Shown one piece after another: positions 35,075 to 49,900 of a stretch of 64,000 nt of DNA (position 1 is the first letter of the stretch; the number at the start of each line of letters is the position of its first letter). The notes under the pieces were generated by a model. The model ran no database searches and was not told the DNA's origin. It saw only the letters and a list, made by a program, of their open reading frames with translations. Source of the stretch: Ranitomeya imitator (Eukaryota). The position numbers and the translations under genes are program-made. The stretch lies in contig NC_091282.1 in NCBI RefSeq assembly GCF_032444005.1, positions 605,926,001 through 605,990,000 on the forward strand, in the 5' to 3' direction.

Positions 35075-38000
35075 AGCAGAGCCAGAGCGCGGAGAGGAGG
35101 CGGGCGTCAGCACAGGCCAGCCCCACAGCGCCTCCTACACCCGCCACATCACCCGCGGGTCACCGCGACCGCACAGAGGCGACAGCTGCACATCACCCGC
35201 GAGTCACACCCGCCACTAGTGCGTCACTATAGCGGCCGAAATATGAGCAGAACACCCTGAAATGTAACCAAATGCTCTGAAATGTGACCAGAGTGCCCTG
35301 AACCGTGACCAGAGCGCCCTGAAATGTGAGCAGAGCGCCCTGAAATGTGAGCAGACGCCCTGAAATGTGAGCAGACGCCCTGAAATGTGAGCAGACGCCC
35401 TGAATTGTGACCAGAGTGCCATGAAATGTGACCACATCCCACAAAATGTGACCAGAACTCCCCGGAATGTGACCAGATGCCCAAAATGTGACCAGAGCGC
35501 CCTGAAATGTGAGCAGACGCCCTGAATTGTGACCCGAGCACCCTGAAATTGACCAGAGCACCTGGAATGTGACCACATGCTCTGAAATGTGGCCAGAGCT
35601 CCCCAAAATGTGAACAGAGCGCCCTGAAATGTGACCAGAGTGCCACGAAATGTGACCACATCCCACAAAATGTGATCAGAGCGCCCCAAAATGTGACGAG
35701 TGCCCCGAAATGTGACCAGAACTCCCCGAAATGTGAACAGTGTGCCCTGAAATGTGACCAGAACTCCCCGAAATGTGACCAGAGTGCCCTGAAATGTGAC
35801 CAGGACTCCCCGAAATGTGACCAGAGTGCCCTGAAATGTGACCAGAGCTCCCCGAAATGTGACCAGAGTGCCCTGAAATGTGACCAGAGCGCCCTGAAAT
35901 GTGACCAGGACTCCCCGAAATGTGACCAGAGTGCCCTGAAATGTGACCAGAGCTCCCCGAAATGTGACCAGAGCTCCCCGAAATGTGACCAGAGTGCCCT
36001 GAAATGTGACCAGGACTCCCCGAAATGTGACCAGAGTGCCCTGAAATGTGACCAGAGCGCCCTGAAATGTGACCAGAGTGCCACGAAATGTGACCACATC
36101 CCACAAAATGTGATCAGAGCGCCCCAAAATGTGACGAGTGCCCCGAAATGTGACCAGAACTCCCCGAAATGTGAACAGTGTGCCCTGAAATGTGACCAGA
36201 ACTCCCCGAAATGTGACCAGAGTGCCCTGAAATGTGACCAGAGCTCCCCGAAATGTGACCAGAGTGCCCTGAAATGTGACCAGGACTCCCCGAAATGTGA
36301 CCAGAGTGCCCTGAAATGTGACCAGGACTCCCCGAAATGTGACCAGAGTGCCCTGAAATGTGACCAGAGCTCCCCGAAATGTGACCAGAGTGCCCTGAAA
36401 TGTGATCAGAACGGCCGGAAATATGACCAGAGTGCCCCGAAATACTACCAGATGCCCGAAATGTGACCAGAGCTCCCCCAAATGTGACCAGAGCGTCCCC
36501 AAATGTGACTAGAGCACCCCGAAATGTGAGCAGACGCCCTGAATTGTGACCCCAGCACCCTGAAATATGACCACATGCTCTGAAATGTGACAAGGGCGCC
36601 CTGAAATGTCACCACACGTCCCAAAAGTTGATCAGAGCTCCCAGAAATGTGACCACAGCGCCCAAAATGTGACCAGAGTCCCAAAATGTGAACAGAGCGC
36701 CTTTAAATGTTATCAGAGTGCCATGAAATGTGAACACATCCCACAAAATGTGATCAGAGCGCCCCAAAATGTGACCAGAGCTCACTGAAATGTGACCAGA
36801 GTGCCCTGAAATGTGACCAGATGCCTGAAATGTGACCAAAGCGCCCGTAAATGTGGCCAGAGCGTCCCAAAATGTGAACAAAGTGGCCGTAAATGTGACC
36901 AGAGCACCCCAAAATGTGACCAGAGCGCCCTGAAATGTGATCAGAGCTCCCCGAAATGTGAGCAGAGCATCCAGAAATGTGTCCACAACGCCCCAAAATG
37001 TGACCATAGCACCCTGAAATATGGCCAGAGCGTCCCGAAATGTGACCAAAGCGGCCGAAAATGTGACCAGAGCTCCGATAAATGTAACCAGAGTGCCCCA
37101 AAATGTGATCAGAGCTCCCCGAAATGTGACCAGACACCCCAAAATGTGACCAGAGCGTGCCGAAATGTGTCCAGAATGCCTTGAAATGTGACCATAGCTC
37201 CCCGAAATGTGACCAAAGCGCCCCGAAATGTCACCAAAGCGCCCCGAAATATGACCAGATGCCTAGAATGTGACCATAGCTCCCGAAATGTGACCATAGT
37301 GTCCCGAAATGTGATCAGAGCGTCCCAAAATGTGTCCACAACGCCCCAAAATGTGACCATGGTGCCCTGAAATGTGACCAGAGCTCCCTGAGATGTGACC
37401 AGAGTTCCCTGAAATGTGACCAAAGTGCCCAGAAATGTGACCACACACCCCAACATGTGACCAGAGTGTTCCGAAATGTGTCCAGAATGCCCAGAATGTG
37501 ACCAGAGCCCCCGAAATGTGACCAAAGCGCCCCGAAATATGACCAGATGCCCAGAATGTGACCACAGCTCCCGAAATGTGACCAGAGCTCCCCGAAATGT
37601 AACCAGAGCGCCCAGAAATGTGACCATGGCTCTCTGAGATGTGACCAGAGCTCCCCGAAATGAGACCAAAGTGCCCAGAAATGTGACCACACACCCCAAC
37701 GTGAGCAGAGTGTTCCGAAATGTGTCCAGAATGCCCCGAAATGTTATCATAGCGCCCTGAGATGTGACCAGAGCTCCCCGAAATGTGACCAGACACCCCA
37801 AAATGTGACCAGAGCGTGCCGAAATGTGTCCAGAATGCCTTGAAATGTGACCATAGCTCCCCGAAATGTGACCAAAGCGCCCCGAAATATGACCAGGTGC
37901 CCAGAATGTGACGATAGCTCCCGAAATGTGACCATAGCGTCCCAAAATGTGTCCACAACGCCCCAAAATGTAACCCTGAAATGTCACCAGAGCTCCCCGA

Positions 38001-41000
38001 AATGTGACCAAAGTGCCCAGAAATGTGACCATGGCTCCCTGAGATGTGACCAGAGCTCCCCGAAATGTGACCAAAGTGCCCAGAAATGTGACCTCACACC
38101 CCAACATGTGACCAGAGTGTTCCGAAATGTGTCCAGAATGCCCCGAAATGTGACCAAACCGCCCTGAAATGTGACCAAACCGCCCCAAAATGTGACCAGA
38201 TGCCCAGAATGTGATCAGAGCACCCAAAATGTGACCAGAGCACCCGAAATGTGACCAGACACCCCAAAATGTGACCAAAGTGCCTGTAAATGTGACCAGA
38301 GTGCCCCAAAATGTGAACACATGCCCAAAATGTGAACAGAGCGCCCTGAAATGTGACCAGATGCCCAAAATGTGAACAGAGTGCCATGAAATGTGACAAG
38401 AGTGCCCCGAAATTTGACCAGATGCCCGCAATGTGACCATAGTACCCGAAATGTGACCAAAGCACCCCGAAATGTGACCAAAGTGCCCAGAAATATGACC
38501 AGATGCCCGCAATGTGACCATAGCGTCCCGAAATGTGACCAGAGTGCCCTGAAATGTGACCAGGACTCCCCGAAATGTGACCAGAGTGCCCTGAAATGTG
38601 ATCAGAACGGCCGGAAATATGACCAGAGTGCCCCGAAATACTACCAGATGCCCGAAATGTGACCAGAGCTCCCCCAAATGTGACCAGAGCGTCCCCAAAT
38701 GTGACTAGAGCACCCCGAAATGTGAGCAGACGCCCTGAATTGTGACCCCAGCACCCTGAAATATGACCACATGCTCTGAAATGTGACAAGGGCGCCCTGA
38801 AATGTCACCACACGTCCCAAAAGTTGATCAGAGCTCCCAGAAATGTGACCACAGCGCCCAAAATGTGACCAGAGTCCCAAAATGTGAACAGAGCGCCTTT
38901 AAATGTTATCAGAGTGCCATGAAATGTGAACACATCCCACAAAATGTGATCAGAGCGCCCCAAAATGTGACCAGAGCTCACTGAAATGTGACCAGAGTGC
39001 CCTGAAATGTGACCAGATGCCTGAAATGTGACCAAAGCGCCCGTAAATGTGGCCAGAGCGTCCCAAAATGTGAACAAAGCGGCCGTAAATGTGACCAGAG
39101 CACCCCAAAATGTGACCAGAGCGCCCTGAAATGTGATCAGAGCTCCCCGAAATGTGACCAGAGCATCCAGAAATGTGTCCACAACGCCCCAAAATGTGAC
39201 CATAGCACCCTGAAATATGGCCAGAGCGTCCCGAAATGTGACCAAAGCGGCCGAAAATGTGACCAGAGCTCCGATAAATGTAACCAGAGTGCCCCAAAAT
39301 GTGATCAGAGCTCCCCGAAATGTGACCAGACACCCCAAAATGTGACCAGAGCGTGCCGAAATGTGTCCAGAATGCCTTGAAATGTGACCATAGCTCCCCG
39401 AAATGTGACCAAAGCGCCCCGAAATGTCACCAAAGCGCCCCGAAATATGACCAGATGCCTAGAATGTGACCATAGCTCCCGAAATGTGACCATAGTGTCC
39501 CGAAATGTGATCAGAGCGTCCCAAAATGTGTCCACAACGCCCCAAAATGTGACCATGGTGCCCTGAAATGTGACCAGAGCTCCCTGAGATGTGACCAGAG
39601 TTCCCTGAAATGTGACCAAAGTGCCCAGAAATGTGACCACACACCCCAACATGTGACCAGAGTGTTCCGAAATGTGTCCAGAATGCCCAGAATGTGACCA
39701 GAGCCCCCGAAATGTGACCAAAGCGCCCCGAAATATGACCAGATGCCCAGAATGTGACCACAGCTCCCGAAATGTGACCAGAGCTCCCCGAAATGTAACC
39801 AGAGCGCCCAGAAATGTGACCATGGCTCTCTGAGATGTGACCAGAGCTCCCCGAAATGAGACCAAAGTGCCCAGAAATGTGACCACACACCCCAACATGT
39901 GAGCAGAGTGTTCCGAAATGTGTCCAGAATGCCCCGAAATGTTATCATAGCGCCCTGAGATGTGACCAGAGCTCCCCGAAATGTGACCAGACACCCCAAA
40001 ATGTGACCAGAGCGTGCCGAAATGTGTCCAGAATGCCTTGAAATGTGACCATAGCTCCCCGAAATGTGACCAAAGCACCCCGAAATGTGACCAAAGCGCC
40101 CCGAAATATGACCAGGTGCCCAGAATGTGACGATAGCTCCCGAAATGTGACCATAGCGTCCCAAAATGTGTCCACAACGCCCCAAAATGTAACCCTGAAA
40201 TGTCACCAGAGCTCCCCGAAATGTGACCAAAGTGCCCAGAAATGTGACCATGGCTCCCTGAGATGTGACCAGAGCTCCCCGAAATGTGACCAAAGTGCCC
40301 AGAAATGTGACCTCACACCCCAACATGTGACCAGAGTGTTCCGAAATGTGTCCAGAATGCCCCGAAATGTGACCAAACCGCCCTGAAATGTGACCAAACC
40401 GCCCCAAAATGTGACCAGATGCCCAGAATGTGATCAGAGCACCCAAAATGTGACCAGAGCACCCGAAATGTGACCAGACACCCCAAAATGTGACCAAAGT
40501 GCCTGTAAATGTGACCAGAGTGCCCCAAAATGTGAACACATGCCCAAAATGTGAACAGAGCGCCCTGAAATGTGACCAGATGCCCAAAATGTGAACAGAG
40601 TGCCATGAAATGTGACAAGAGTGCCCCGAAATTTGACCAGAACTCCCCGAAATGTGACCAGAGTGCCCTGAAATGTGACCAGAGCTCCCCGAAATCTGAC
40701 TAGAGTGCCCTGAAATGTGATCAGAGCGGCCGGAAATATGACCAGAGCGCCCCAAAATGTGAACAGAGCGCCCAGAAATACTACCAGATGCCCGAAATGT
40801 GACCAGAGCTCCCCCAAATGTGACCAATGCGCCCCCAAATGTGACCAGAGCACCCCAAAATGTGAGCAGACGCCCTGAATTGTGACCCACATGCTCTGAA
40901 ATGTGACCAGGGCGCCCTGAAATGTCACCACACGCCCCAAAAGTTGATCAGAGCTCCCAGAAATGTAACCACAGCGCCCAAAATGTGACCAGAGTCCCAA

Positions 41001-41699
41001 AATGTGAACAGAGCGCCTTTAACCCCTTAGTGACAGCCAATTTGGTACTTAATGACCGAGCCAATTTTTGCAATTCTGACCACTGTCACTTTATGAGGTT
41101 ATAACTCTGGAACGCTTCAACGGATCCCAGTGATTCTAAGATTGTTTTTTCGTGACATATTGTACTTCATGATAGTGGTAACATTTCTTCGATATTACTT
41201 GCGATTATTTATGAAAAAAACGGAAATATGGCGAAAATTTTTAAAATTTTGCAATTTTCAAACTTTGTATTTTTATGCCCTTAAATCAGAGAGATATGTC
41301 ACGAAAAATAGTTAATAAATAACATTTCCCACATGTCTACTTTACATCAGCACAATTTTGGAAACAAATTTTTTTTTTGTTAGGGAGTTATAAGGGTTAA
41401 AAGTTGACCAGCAATTTCTCATTTTTACAACACCATTTTTTTTTAGGGACCACATCACATTTGAAGTCATTTTGAGGGGTCTATATGATAGAAAATAATG
41501 AAGTGTGACACCATTCTAAAAACTACACCCCTCAAGGTTCTCAAAACCACATTCAAGAAGTTTATTAACCCTTTACGTGCTTCACAGGAACTGAAACAAT
41601 GTGGAAGGAAAAAATGAACATATAACTTTTTTTTGCAAACATCTTAATTCAGAACCATTTTTTTTATTTTCACAAGTGTAAAAACAGAAATGTAACCAT

Positions 41700-43060
41700 A
41701 AATTTTGTTATGCAATTTCTCCTGAATACGCCAATACCCCATATGTGGGGGTAAACCACTTTTTGGGCGCACCGCAGAACTTAGAAGTGAAGGAGCGCCG
41801 TTTGACTTTTTCAATGCAGAATTGGCTGGAATTGAGATCGGACGCCATGTCACGTTTAGAGAGCCCCTGATGTACCTAAACAGTGGAAACTCCCCACAAG
41901 TGACACCATTTTGGAAACTAGACTCCTTAAGGAACATATCTAGATGTGTGGTGAGCATTTTGAACCCCCATGTTCTTCACAGAAGTTTATAACGTAGAGC
42001 CGTGAAAATAAAAAATCGCTTTTGTTTACACAAAAATGATCTTTTCGCCCACAAATTCTTATTTTCACAAGGGTAACAGGAGAAATTAGACCACAAAAGT
42101 TGTTGTGCGATTTCTCCTGAATACGTCGATACCCCATATGTGAGGGTAAACCACTGTTTGGGCGCACCGCAGAGCTTGGAAGTGAAGGAGCGCCGTTTTA
42201 CTTTTTCAATGTAGAATTGGCTGGAATTGAGATTGGACGCCATGTCGCGTTTGGAGAGCCTCTGATGTGCCTAAACAGTGGAAACCCCCCACAAGTGACC
42301 CCATTTTGGAAACTAGACCCCTTAAGGAACATCTAGATGTGTGGTGAGCACTTTGAACCCCCATGTGCTTCACAGAAGTTTATAATGTAGAGCCGTGGAA
42401 AAAAAAAAATCGCATTTTTTCTACAAAAATGATCTTTTTGCCCACAAATTTTTATTTTCACAAGGGTAACAGGAGAAATTAGACCACTAAAGTTGTTGTG
42501 CAATTTCTCATGAGTACGTCGATACCCAATATGTGGGGGTAAACCACTGTTTGGGCGCACCACAGAGCTTGGAAGAGAAGGAGTGCCGTTTTACTTTTTC
42601 AATGTAGAATTGGCTGGAATTGAGATCGGACGCCATGTCGCGTTTGGAGAGCCCCTGATGTGCCTAAACAGTAGAAATCCCCCACAAGTGACCCCATTTT
42701 GGAAACTAGACCCCCCATGGAACTTATCTAGATGTGTGGTGAGAACCTTGAATGCCCAAGTGCTTCACAGAAGTTTATAATGCAGAGCCGTGAAAATAAA
42801 AAATATTTTTTTTTCCACAAAAAAGATATTGTAGCCCCCAAGTTTTTATTTTCACAAGGGTAACAAGAGAAATTCGACCCCAGAAGTTGTTGTCCAATTT
42901 ATCCCGAGTACGCTGATGCCCCATATGTGGGGGTAACCCACTGTTTGGGCGCACGGCAGAGCTCAGAAGGGAGGGAGCACCATTTGACTTTTTGAGCGCA
43001 AAATTGGCTGTCGTGTTTGGAGACCCCCTGATGTACCTAAACAGTGGAAACCCCCCAATT
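41700..43060. repeat. ~395-bp tandem repeat (~3.5 copies) inside the piggyBac-like element
   Basis: Recurring block CAATTTCTCCTGAATACG...GGGCGCACCGCAGA...GAAACTAGAC...AAGGGTAACAGGAGAAATT. Confidence 0.88.
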
Positions 43061-43065
43061 CTAGC

Positions 43066-43977
43066 TCTAACCCTAACCCCAACACACCCCTAACCCTAAT
43101 CCCAACCTGATCCATAATCCTAATCACTAACCCTAACCATAATCACAACCCTTACCCCAAAACAACCCTAATGTCAACCCTAACCAAAACCCTAAATCCA
43201 ACACACCCCTAATCCTAATCTCAACCCTAACCTCAAACCTAACCCTAATCCCAATACACCCCTAATCACAACCCTAACCTTAACCCTAATCCCAAACCTA
43301 ACCCTAATTCCAAGCGTAACCCTAATGCCAACCCTAACCCTAATACCAACCCTAATCCTAACCCTAATCCCAGCTCTAACCCTAACTTTAGCCCCAACCC
43401 TAGCCCTAACTTTAGCCCCAACCCTAACCCTAGCCCTAAGGCTACTTTCACACTTGCGTCGTTTGGCATTCCGTCGCAATCCGTCGTTTTGGACAAGAAA
43501 CAGATCCTGCAAATGTGCCCGCAGGATGCGTTTTTTGCCCATAGACTTGTATTGCCGACGGATCGTGACGGATGGCCACACGTCGCGTCCGTCGTGCACT
43601 GGATCAGTTGTGTTTTGGCAGACCGTCGGCACAAAAAAACGTTCAATGAAACGTTTTTTTGTACGTCGCATCCGCCATTTCTGACCGCGCATGCATGGCC
43701 GTAACTCCACCCCCTCCTCCCCAGGACATAGATTGGGCAGCGGATGCGTTGAAAAACTACAGCTGCTGCCCACGTTGTGCACAATTTTCACAACGTGCGT
43801 CGGTATATCGGGCCGACGCATTGCGACGGCCCCGTACCGACGTAAGTGTGAAAGAAGCCTAACCCTAAATTTAGCCCCAACCCTAACCCTAAATTTAGCC
43901 CCAACCCTAACCCTAAATTTATCCCCAACCCTAGCCCTAACCCTACCCCTAACCCTACCCCTAATTTTAGCCCCAAC
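43066..43977 (+). repeat. Degenerate telomere-like (CCCTAA)n tract inside the piggyBac-like element
   Basis: CCCTAA, CCTAAT, CCCCAA and CCCTAG variants on both sides of a nested MITE. Confidence 0.9.
43440..43859. mobile_element. Harbinger-type MITE (420 bp)
   Basis: TIR GGCTWCTTTCACACTT; TSD TAA at 43437-39 and 43860-62. Confidence 0.9.
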
Positions 43978-46900
43978 TGCTGTTCTCCTGCCGGCCGGCA
44001 GATGGAGACAGATGGCGGGCGCACTGCGCATGCGCCCGCCATTTTCTTCTGCCGGCGGCCAGGAGGAGCAGCAAGAGGATCCAGGGACACAGGTGAGTAT
44101 TGTAGGGTCCCCGAATCCCCCTATTTCTCTGTCCTCTGATGTGCGATCACATCAGAGGACAGAGAATTACACTTTTTTTTTTTTTGCGGTCGCCGGTAAA
44201 CAGTTAATTACCGGCGATCGCAAAACAGGGGTCGGTAAAACCGACCCCGATCATGCTCTTTGGGGTCTCGGCTACCCCCGGCAGCCGAGACCCCAAAGAT
44301 TCTCGCGGGGCCAGCCGGCGGGCGCACTGCGCATGCGCCCGCCATTTTGAAGATGGCGGCGCCCACCGGGAGACACGAGGAGCATCGGGGGAGCTAGGCG
44401 AGTATTGGGGGGCCACCTGGGACCCCTTTTCTCTGTCCTCCGATGTGCGATCACATCGGAGGACAGAGAAATTAAAAAGAGATCGCGTTTTTTTTGTTTT
44501 TTGTTTTTTTTTCGATCGCTGGTAAACGGTTAATTACCGGCGATCGCAAATGCGGGGTGGGTTAAAAACCCCCCGAATCATGTTCTCTGGGGTCTTGGCT
44601 ACCCCTGGCAGCCGAGACCCCAGAGAAAATCGGCCTCTGGGGGGCGCTATTCACTTTTTCCACAGCGCCGTTAATTAACGGCGCTGTGGTTTAAGTACCC
44701 TTAGCGGCCGCCGTTAAAAGGCGTATCGGCGGTCGCTAAGGGGTTAAATGTGATCAGAGTGCCATGAAATGTGAACACATCCCACAAAATGTGATCAGAG
44801 CGCCCCGAAATGTGACCAGAGCTCACTGAAATGTGACCAGAGCGCCCCAAAATGTGAACAGAGCGCCCAGAAATACTACCAGATGCCCGAAATGTGACCA
44901 GAGCTCCCCCAAATGTGACCAGTGCACCTCGAAATGTGAGCAGACGCCCTGAATTGTGACCCCAGCACCCTGAAATGTGACCACATGCTCTGAAATGTGA
45001 CCAGGGCGCCCTGAAATGTCACCACACGCCCCAAAAGTTGATCAGAGCTCCCAGAAATGTAACCACAGCGCCCGAAATGTGACCAGAGTCCCAAAATGTG
45101 AACAGAGAGCCTTTAAATGTGATCAGAGTGCCATGAAATGTGAACACATCCCACAAAATGTGATCAGAGCACCCCGAAATGTGACCAGAGCTCACTGAAA
45201 TGTGGCCAGAGCGTCCCGAAATGTGAACAAATCGGCCGTAAATGTGACCAGAGCTCCCGTAAATGTGACCAAAGCGCCCTGAAATGTGATCAGAGCTCCC
45301 CGAAATGTGAGCAGAGCATCCAGAAATGTGTCCACAACGCCCCAAAATGTGACCATAGCGCCCTGAAATGTGGCCAGAGCGTCCCGAAATGTGACCAAAG
45401 CGGCCGTAAATGTGACCAGAGCTCCTGTAAATGTGACCAGAGCGCCCCGAAATGTGACTATAGCTCCCCGAAATGTAACCAGAGCGCCCCAAAATGTGAT
45501 CAGAGCTCCCCGAAATGTGACCAGACACCCCAAAATGTGACCAGAGCATGCCAAAATGTGTCCAGAATGCCTTGAAATGTGACCATTGCTCCCCGAAATT
45601 TGACCAAAGCGCCCCGAAATGTGACCAAAGCGTCCCGAAATATGACCAGATGCCTAGAATGTGACCATAGCGTCCCGAAATGTGATCAGATCGTCCCAAA
45701 ATGTGTCCACAACGCCCCAAATTGTGACCATGGCGCCCTGAAATGTGACCAGAGCTCCCCGAAATGTAACCAGAGCACCCCGAAATGTGACCAAAGTGCT
45801 CAGAAATGTGACCAGAGCTCCCTGAGATGTGACCAGAGCTCCCCGAAATGTGACCAAACCGCCCCGAAATGTGACCAGATGCCCAGAGATATGACCAGAT
45901 GCCCAGAATGTGATCAGAGCACCCAAAATGTGACCAGAGTGCCCCAAAATGTTACCAAAGTGCCTGTAAATGTGACCAGAGTGCCCCGAAATGTGAACAG
46001 ATGCCCAAAATGTGAACAGAGCGCCCTGAAATGTGACCAGATGCCCAAAATGTGAGCAGAGCGCCCTGAAATGTGACCAGAGTGCAATGAAATGTGACCA
46101 CATCCCACAAAATGTGATCAGAGTGCCCCGAATTGTGACCAGAACTCCCCAGAATGTGACAAGAGTGCCCCGAAATGTGACCAGACACCCCAAAATGTGA
46201 CCAAAGTGCCCAGAAATAGGACCAGATGCCCGCAATGTGACCATAGCTTCCGAAATGTGACCAAAGTGCCCAGAAATATGACCAGATGCCCGAAATGTGA
46301 CCATAGTGCCCGAAATGTGACCAAAGTGTCCCGAAATGTGACCAAAGTGCCCAGAAATATGACCAGAGTGCCCCAAAATGTTACCAAAGTGCCTGTAAAT
46401 GTGACCAGAGTGCCCCGAAATGTGAACAGATGCCGAAAATGTGAACAGAGCGCCCTGAAATGTGACCAGATGCCCAAAATGTGAACAGAGCGCCCTGAAA
46501 TGTGACCACATCCCACAAAATGTGACCATAGCTCCCTGAAATGTGACCAGAGCTCCCCGAAATGTGACCAGAGTGCCCTGAAATGTGATCAGAGCAGCCG
46601 GAAATATGACCAAAGCGCCCCAAAATGTGAACAGAGCGCCCAGAAATACTACCAGATGCCCGAAATGTGACCAGAGCGCCCCCAAATGTGACCAGAGCAC
46701 CCCGAAGTGTGGGCAGACGCCCTGAATTGTGACCCCAGCACCCTGAAATGTGACCACATGCTCTGAATTGTGACCAGGGCGCCCTGAAATGTCACCACAC
46801 GCCCCAAAAGTTGATCAGAGCTCCCAGAAATGTGACCACAGCGCCCGAAATGTGACCAGAGTCCCAAAATGTGAACAGAGCGCCTTTAAATGTTATCAGA

Positions 46901-49900
46901 GTGCCATGAAATGTGAACACATCCCACAAAATGTGATCAGAGCGCCCCAAAATGTGACCAGAGCTCACTGAAATGTGACCAGAGTGCCCTGAAATGTGAC
47001 CAGATGCCTGAAATGTGACCAAAGCGCCCGTAAATGTGGCCAGAGCGTCCCAAAATGTGAACAAAGCGGCCGTAAATGTGACCAGAGCACCCCAAAATGT
47101 GACCAGAGCGCCCTGAAATGTGATCAGAGCTCCCTGAAATGTGAGCAGAGCATCCAGAAATGTGTCCACAACGCCCCAAAATGTGACCATAGCGCCCTGA
47201 AATATGGCCAGAGCGTCCCGAAATGTGACCAAAGCGGCCGAAAATGTGACCAGAGCTCCGATAAATGTGACCAGAGCGCCCCGAAATGTGACTATAGCTC
47301 CCCGAAATGTAACCAGAGTGCCCCAAAATGTGATCAGAGCTCCCCGAAATGTGACCAGACACCCCAAAATGTGACCAGAGCGTGCCGAAATGTGTCCAGA
47401 ATGCCTTGAAATGTGACCATAGCTCCCCGAAATGTGACCAAAGTGCCCCGAAATGTGACCAAAGCGCCCCGAAATATGACCAGATGCCTAGAATGTGACC
47501 ATAGCTCCCGAAATGTGACCATAGTGTCCCGAAATGTGATCAGAGCGTCCCAAAATGTGTCCACAACGCCCCAAAATGTGACCATGGTGCCCTGAAATGT
47601 GACCAGAGCTCCCTGAGATGTGACCAGAGTTCTCTGAAATGTGACCAAAGTGCCCAGAAATGTGACCACACACCCCAACATGTGACCAGAGTGTTCCGAA
47701 ATGTGTCCAGAATGCCCCGAAATGTGATCATTGCGCCCTGAGATGTGACCAGAGCTCCCCGAGATGTGACCAAACCGCCCCGAAATGTGACCAGATGCCC
47801 AGAGATATGACCAGATGCCCAGAATGTGATCAGAGCACCCAAAATGTAACCAGTGCCCCAAAATGTGACCAGAGCATCCGAAATGTGACCAGACACCCCA
47901 AAATGTGACCAAAGTGCCCAGAAATATGACCAGATGCCCGCAATGTGACCATAGCACCCGAAATGTGACCAAAGCACCCCGAAATGTGACCAAAGTGCCC
48001 AGAAATATGACCAGATGCCTGCAATGTGACCATAGCGTCCCGAAATGTGACCAAAGTGCCCAGAAATATGACCAGAGTGCCCCAAAATGTTACCAGACAC
48101 CCCAAAATGTGACCAAAGTGCCCAGAAATATGACCAGATGCTCGCAATGTGACTATAGCACCCGAAATGTGACCAAAGCACCCCGAAATGTGACCAAAGT
48201 GCCCAGAAATATGACCAGATGCCCGCAATGTGACCATAGCGCCCGAAATGTGACCAAAGCGTCCCGAAATGTGACCAAAGTGCCCAGAAATATTACCAGA
48301 GTGCCCCAAAATGTTACCAAAGTGCCTGTAAATGTGACCAGAGTGCCCCGAAATGTGAACAGATGCCCAAAATGTGAACAGAGCGCCCTGAAATGTGACC
48401 AGATGCCCAAAATGTGAGCAGAGCGCCCTGAAATGTGACCACATCCCACAGAATGTGATCAGAGCGCCCCGAATTGTGACCAGAACTCCCCGGAATGTGA
48501 CAAGAGTGCCCCGAAATGTGACCAGACACCCCAAAATGTGACCAAAGTGCCCAGAAATAGGACCAGATGCCCGCAATGTGACCATAGCTTCCGAAATGTG
48601 ACCAAAGTGCCCAGAAATATGACCAGATGCCCGAAATGTGACCATAGTGCCCGAAATGTGACCAAAGTGTCCCGAAATGTGACCAAAGTGCCCAGAAATA
48701 TGACCAGAGTGCCCCAAAATGTTACCAAAGTGCCTGTAAATGTGACCAGAGTGCCCCGAAATGTGAACAGATGCCGATAATGTGAACAGAGCACCCTGAA
48801 ATGTGACCAGATGCCCAAAATGTGAACAGAGCGCCCTGAAATGTGACCACATCCCACAGAATGTGACCATAGCTCCCTGAAATGTGACCAGAGCTCCCCG
48901 AAATGTGACCAGAGTGCCCTGAAATGTGATCAGAGCGGCCGGAAATATGACCAAAGCGCCCCAAAATGTGAACAGAGCGCCCAGAAATACTACCAGATGC
49001 CCGAAATGTGACCAGAGCGCCCCCAAATGTGACCAGAGCACCCCGAAGTGTGAGCAGACGCCCTGAATTGTGACCCCAGCACCCTGAAATGTGACCACAT
49101 GCTCTGAAATGTGACCAGGGCGCCCTGAAATGTCACCACACGCCCCAAAAGTTGATCAGAGCTCCCAGAAATGTGACCACAGCGCCCGACATGTGACCAG
49201 AGTCCCAAAATGTGAACAGAGCGCCTTTAAATGTTATCAGAGTGCCATGAAATGTGAACACATCCCACAAAATGTGATCAGAGCGCCCCAAAATGTGACC
49301 AGAGCTCACTGAAATGTGACCAGAGTGCCCTGAAATGTGACCAGATGCCTGAAATGTGACCAAAGCGCCCGTAAATGTGGCCAGAGCGTCCCAAAATGTG
49401 AACAAAGCGGCCGTAAATGTGACCAGAGCACCCCAAAATGTGACCAGAGCGCCCTGAAATGTGATCAGAGCTCCCCGAAATGTGAGCAGAGCATCCAGAA
49501 ATGTGTCCACAACGCCCCAAAATGTGACCACAGCACCCTGAAATATGGCCAGAGCGTCCCGAAATGTGACCAAAGCGGCCGAAAATGTGACCAGAGCTCC
49601 GATAAATGTGACCAGAGCGCCCCGAAATGTGACTATAGCTCCCCGAAATGTAACCAGAGTGCCCCAAAATGTGATCAGAGCTCCCCGAAATGTGACCAGA
49701 CACCCCAAAATGTGACCAGAGCGTGCCGAAATGTGTCCAAAATGCCTTGAAATGTGACCATAGCTCCCCAAAATGTGACCAAAGCGCCCCGAAATGTCAC
49801 CAAAGCGCCCCGAAATATGACCAGATGCCTAGAATGTGACCATAGCTCCCGAAATGTGACCATAGTGTCCCGAAATGTGATCAGAGCGTCCCAAAATGTG

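Larger units (their letters stand above)
41023..44743. mobile_element. Non-autonomous piggyBac-like element (3721 bp)
   Basis: TTAA at 41019-22 and 44744-47; TIR CCCCTTAGYGAC; the empty satellite site GAGCGCCTTTAAATG is seen in other HOR copies; no transposase ORF. Confidence 0.9.

Noticed and set aside
43066-43977. True telomere or chromosome-fusion site
   Set aside because: The tract is degenerate, in one orientation only, and enclosed by piggyBac TIRs and a TTAA TSD.
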